This document shows, one piece after another, positions 34,752-38,448 of a stretch of DNA of 38,448 nt. A model generated the notes under the pieces. That model was not told where the DNA came from. It saw only the letters and a program-made list of their open reading frames with translations, and made no database searches. The first letter of the stretch is position 1. The number at the start of each line of letters is the position of its first letter. Position numbers and translations under genes: made by a program. The DNA comes from Deltaproteobacteria bacterium (GTDB taxonomy: Bacteria > Desulfobacterota > Syntrophia > Syntrophales > Smithellaceae), in the NCBI GenBank assembly GCA_037133255.1, contig JBAXON010000002.1, positions 1 to 38,448 on the forward strand, in the 5' to 3' direction.

Positions 34752-36644
34752 ATGCGTAGATTTGTCAGTGTCTGTATTTTGCTTTTAATCCTCTGGAGTC
34801 TGAATGGTTGTGCGCTGGTCAAACTGCGGGATGATGTTCAGTTTTCGAAAGATTCCTGCCTGCTTTTTGGCGAGATCGTCAGTAACTCTCCTTTGAAAAA
34901 ACCCATTGTTGTTGTCGCTTATAGCAATCTCAACGGTGTTGTAACGGTTGCCGATTACACGGTATTGTCTGAGGCCGGCCAATATGAAATGCTGGTACCG
35001 GATGGAAATTACGAGCTTTTTGCATTTGAAGATAGTAACGGCGATTTTTCTTACAACAAGGGAGAATCGGCAGGTTACTTCGGAAAACCGGATAAAGTAA
35101 AACCGCAGGTTGGAGGTGCTGTCTTCGGGTTGGATATTGTTTTGGCATCACAAACAAAACAGCCGGTTTCATCTTTTGCCAATATGCTGGTTGAATTTTC
35201 GGGCGGAAAAAGAAAATCATCAACATCAGCCGGCGCTTTAGCTAATCTTAATGATCCGGTGTTTTCCGCCGAATATGGACTGAGCGGTTTCTGGACGCCG
35301 CTGGAATTTTTTAAACGCGTAGGCTGCAATATTTATTTTTTAGAACCTTATGATGCCAAAAAGACCCCAATTCTTTTTGTCCATGGCGCTGCGGGCTCGC
35401 CTCAGGATTGGCTTTACTTTATGAAGAACATCGACCGCTCGCTCTATCAGCCATGGATTTTCTATTATCCATCCGGTGCCCGGTTGGACACCATATCATT
35501 CCTGTTGCGGACAAAGCTTTATGCTCTCTACAGAAAATATCAATTCGAATCTTTGTATGTTGTTGCACACAGCATGGGAGGACTGGTGTCCCGTTCCGCC
35601 ATTATAGAAAAGGATAACTTCCACGATACGTTAAAACTTTTTGTTTCGATTTCCACTCCCTGGGGTGGAGAACAGAGGGCGAAAACAGGCGTGGAAAGCT
35701 CACCCGCGGTTATTCCCAGTTGGAAAGATGTGGTGCCGGACAGCGAATTTATCAAACGGGTGTTTGCCACAAAATTAGACCCCGCGATACGTTACTATTT
35801 GTTTTTCGGTCATAAGGGAGGCGGCAGTATGTTTCGGCAAAATAATGACAATACTGTTACTCTGGAAAGTATGCTGGATTTAAGAGCACAGGCCGATGCC
35901 CTTAAAGTTGCCGGGCTTAATGAAGATCATGTTAGTATTCTTTCCAGTCCGGAAATGATGGCTCAATTTAAGGCAGTCTTAGCCAGCACGGAAGCAGGCA
36001 AAGAAAAGACTTATGCCCGTACCAAAGGCTACGTGCATGTTGAGCATGCGTTTGATCCTCCGAACGTAAAAATTCCTTCGCAGATGGCTCTTGTGCTGGC
36101 CCCGACCGGAACTGATGAAAAGGAAACACAGCTCAAAATAAATCCCTTTTTGCCTCAGCAGGAAACAGGGGCTATTGTGCCCAAAAAATATGATGTAAGC
36201 CTTTGTGCATTAGGCTTTAAAACAGAACCGGATAAAATAACACTGGATATACAACCAGGGAAAATAGCGGAAGTGCGATTTACATTAAAGCCGCAGGGAA
36301 TGGTTGCCGGTTTTATAGTCGCCACTGCATCCGCAGATGATAGTTATTGGGGTTTTGATAAAGAATTGCCGGAGAATGTGAAAATCCGTACAATTAAATT
36401 GACAGGCGCCGGCATTACGCGGAGCCTTGTCCCCGCAAACAAGATGCGTGACCGGGAGGCGTTGGTTATGTTTCTTTCCTCAAGAGATTTTGCGCTTAGT
36501 AATTCATTCGCCTTTTTCGATGTTCCGGCAGGTGAGTATGATCTGGAAATTGATGCCGAAGGCTGCCAGATTTTCAGTACAAAGATTAAATCTCAGCCCG
36601 GAGAGTTTGTCCCGCCATCGACTTTACGCCTTGTATTAAAGTGA
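34752..36644 (+). CDS. Lipoprotein with a central alpha/beta-hydrolase (lipase/esterase-like) domain flanked by beta-rich domains
   Basis: Signal/lipobox LLLILWSLNGC. The nucleophile elbow is AHSMGG (GxSxG), with ILFVHGAAGSPQDW upstream (oxyanion-hole region). AGGAGG sits 8 nt before ATG 34752. Confidence 0.6.
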   Translation: MRRFVSVCILLLILWSLNGCALVKLRDDVQFSKDSCLLFGEIVSNSPLKKPIVVVAYSNLNGVVTVADYTVLSEAGQYEMLVPDGNYELFAFEDSNGDFSYNKGESAGYFGKPDKVKPQVGGAVFGLDIVLASQTKQPVSSFANMLVEFSGGKRKSSTSAGALANLNDPVFSAEYGLSGFWTPLEFFKRVGCNIYFLEPYDAKKTPILFVHGAAGSPQDWLYFMKNIDRSLYQPWIFYYPSGARLDTISFLLRTKLYALYRKYQFESLYVVAHSMGGLVSRSAIIEKDNFHDTLKLFVSISTPWGGEQRAKTGVESSPAVIPSWKDVVPDSEFIKRVFATKLDPAIRYYLFFGHKGGGSMFRQNNDNTVTLESMLDLRAQADALKVAGLNEDHVSILSSPEMMAQFKAVLASTEAGKEKTYARTKGYVHVEHAFDPPNVKIPSQMALVLAPTGTDEKETQLKINPFLPQQETGAIVPKKYDVSLCALGFKTEPDKITLDIQPGKIAEVRFTLKPQGMVAGFIVATASADDSYWGFDKELPENVKIRTIKLTGAGITRSLVPANKMRDREALVMFLSSRDFALSNSFAFFDVPAGEYDLEIDAEGCQIFSTKIKSQPGEFVPPSTLRLVLK

Positions 36645-36675
36645 TCCTCGGGATTGGAGGAATAAAGATCTGCGC

Positions 36676-37425
36676 ATGGAAAAAATTCGTTTAGATAAAC
36701 TGCTCGTGTCGCGTGATCTGGCACCGACAATACAAAAAGCCCGGGCGCTTATTTTAGCCAAGGCCGTAAAAGTTAATGAAGCATGTCTTGATAAGGCCGA
36801 TACGCTGGTACCAGCTGATGCTGAAATAAAACTAAAAGGCGCGGATAATCCTTATGTAAGCCGCGGCGGGCTTAAGTTAAAAGGGGCGCTGGATGAATTT
36901 GCGTTGAATGTTGATGGTTTGGTAGCCCTTGATGTCGGGGCTTCCACCGGAGGTTTTACCGATTGTCTTTTGCAGGCAGGCGCGAAAAATGTTTACGCGC
37001 TCGATGTCGGCTACGGGCAACTGGCCTGGAAGTTACGCCAGGATAAGCGCGTGGTTGTAATCGAGCGGACAAATATCCGCCACTATGACGGCGCGGATAT
37101 TTTCGAGCCGCCTGATTTAGCCACAGTTGATGTTTCCTTTATTTCGCTGAAAGTTGTCCTTCCTGCGATCTTGTGCTTGCTAAAAGATGAGGCGCTAATA
37201 CTGGCGCTAATTAAGCCACAGTTTGAAGCCGCAAGAGAAGAAGTAGGCAAGAAAGGCGTAATTGAAGACCAATCGGTTCATGAGCGTGTGGTTGAAGAAA
37301 TATGCGAATTTTGCAGATCGGTAAATTTAGAAAATTTGCGCACGTGCGCTTCATCTATTTTGGGGCCTGCCGGTAACAAAGAATTTTTTATTTTAGCGCG
37401 AAAGAAAATGTTGAATGGAAATTAA
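36676..37425 (+). CDS. tlyA: TlyA-family rRNA (cytidine-2'-O)-methyltransferase
   Basis: An S4-like N-terminus (IRLDKLLVSRDLAPTIQKARALI), VSRGGLKL, an FtsJ-type SAM motif (LDVGASTGGFTDCLLQ) and LIKPQFEA. Confidence 0.85.
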   Translation: MEKIRLDKLLVSRDLAPTIQKARALILAKAVKVNEACLDKADTLVPADAEIKLKGADNPYVSRGGLKLKGALDEFALNVDGLVALDVGASTGGFTDCLLQAGAKNVYALDVGYGQLAWKLRQDKRVVVIERTNIRHYDGADIFEPPDLATVDVSFISLKVVLPAILCLLKDEALILALIKPQFEAAREEVGKKGVIEDQSVHERVVEEICEFCRSVNLENLRTCASSILGPAGNKEFFILARKKMLNGN

Positions 37426-38448
37426 GCTGGCGAAAACTGCCGGATTCTGCATGGGGGTGCGCCGAGCGGTAGATATTGTCCTGGAAATTGCCCGGCATGA
37501 AAACGGCCGGCGCATCTACACTTACGGACCACTCATTCATAATCCGCAAACAATTGAACTGCTCAAAAGCCGTGGTATAACTCCTGTTGACAGCGTTGAT
37601 GAAATTGCAGACCGGAAAAATGCGATCCTGATTATTCGCGCTCACGGGATAGCTCCCGCTGAAAGAAAAAAAATTAAAGAAAGCGGTATAAAAATTATTG
37701 ATGCTACCTGCCCGAAAGTCGGTTATGTGCAGGCAATTATAAAAAAGCATACCGCTCTCGGTTATACGGTAGTAATCGTCGGAGATAAAGAACATCCTGA
37801 AGTAGACGGGCTCTTGGGTTATACAGACGGCCGGGGGATAACCATCGGCACTACGGAAGATGTTAAAAAAATGCCCCCGCTAATCAAGGTTTGTGTTGTT
37901 GCCCAAACCACGCAGGATTCAGAGGATTACAAAAACATTGTTGATAAAATTAAAGACCTCTATCCGCAGGCAATTGTCTTTAACACAATTTGTTCTTCAA
38001 CAAAGCAGAGGCAAGAGGAAGTAATCGCCATGTCACGTGAAATGGATGCCATGTTTGTTGTCGGCGGTAAAAACAGCGCCAACAGCAGGAGGCTTGCTGA
38101 CCTGGCCACAAAACAGAACACGCCGACTTTCCATATTGAAACCGCGACGGAAATCGGCAATATCAGTCTAGACTCCTATGATCATATCGGTATTTCAGCA
38201 GGCGCGTCAACTCCCAACTGGATTATAGACAGCGTGCTGGATAGAATTGCCGAAGGTCAAAATCGTAAATTAAAAAAAGTCGGCAGTCTACTTAATCTTT
38301 GGATACTGGCAATTAAAACGGATATCTATTCCTCTCTTGGCGCCGGTTGTCTGTCTCTTGCCTGCATGGTCCTGCAAAATATTCCGTTGAGCATTTCATC
38401 TTTGATAATTGCCTCTTTTTTCACCTATGCGATGCATGTACTAAATAG
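37415..38448 (+). CDS. ispH: 4-hydroxy-3-methylbut-2-enyl diphosphate reductase, continuing without a stop into a hydrophobic C-terminal extension (partial; runs off the window)
   Basis: My translation from ATG 37415, in an open frame that is absent from the track because it has no stop: MEIKLAKTAGFCMGVRRAVD…IDATCPKV…NTICSSTKQRQ…GISAGASTPNWIID. It shows the three IspH cluster cysteines and overlaps tlyA by 11 nt. From about 38258 it continues …LLNLWILAIKTDIYSSLGAGCLSLACMVLQNIPLSISSLIIASFFTYAMHVLN. Confidence 0.85.
   Translation, partial: MEIKLAKTAGFCMGVRRAVDIVLEIARHENGRRIYTYGPLIHNPQTIELLKSRGITPVDSVDEIADRKNAILIIRAHGIAPAERKKIKESGIKIIDATCPKVGYVQAIIKKHTALGYTVVIVGDKEHPEVDGLLGYTDGRGITIGTTEDVKKMPPLIKVCVVAQTTQDSEDYKNIVDKIKDLYPQAIVFNTICSSTKQRQEEVIAMSREMDAMFVVGGKNSANSRRLADLATKQNTPTFHIETATEIGNISLDSYDHIGISAGASTPNWIIDSVLDRIAEGQNRKLKKVGSLLNLWILAIKTDIYSSLGAGCLSLACMVLQNIPLSISSLIIASFFTYAMHVLN

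Noticed and set aside
1-38448. CRISPR arrays, IS elements or transposases, integrases, rRNA genes, and prophage or defence-island gene sets.
   Set aside because: I saw no short regularly spaced repeats, no DDE, tyrosine or serine recombinase-like ORFs, and no rRNA-like sequence on either strand. Apart from the hicAB pair, the window is dominated by housekeeping and metabolic genes.

Overview
This is a 38.4-kb, moderately AT-rich chromosomal segment. Its gene content suggests an anaerobic Desulfobacterota-like bacterium, which is an inference from content only. I support about 33 real CDSs and one tRNA. Most other ORFs in the six-frame track are antisense or shadow ORFs inside well-recognisable genes.

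Layout, left to right:
- yceD-like (partial), then gltX and tRNA-Glu(CUC).
- A secreted LPP20-like/DUF4384-like lipoprotein, then a TrpF-like protein.
- A small lipoprotein gene whose last 172 bp are duplicated. The two copies bracket a 1.36-kb tfoX-like + hicAB insertion.
- A crotonase, ddl, and a DUF3426 membrane protein.
- A Liu-like (leucine/isovalerate-type) acyl-CoA cluster: carboxyltransferase, hydratase, an atypical DRE-TIM protein, a 71-aa biotin carrier, HMG-CoA lyase and an acyl-CoA dehydrogenase. It has no biotin carboxylase.
- A long minus-strand run: metH (short form), a TonB-C protein, pyrE, larC, larB, an M16C protease, a tiny Cys-rich ORF, an M14/DUF2817 peptidase and a DUF1566 lipoprotein.
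- cstA.
- The conserved xseA-xseB-ispA-dxs-(alpha/beta-hydrolase lipoprotein)-tlyA-ispH block. ispH continues past its normal end into a hydrophobic extension that runs off the window.

I found no CRISPR array, transposase, integrase, rRNA or recognisable riboswitch. I see no convincing multi-gene defence-type novelty. The observations most worth following up are the repeat-bracketed hicAB/tfoX islet, the biotin-carboxylase-less Liu-like cluster with its divergent DRE-TIM protein, and the IspH C-terminal extension.
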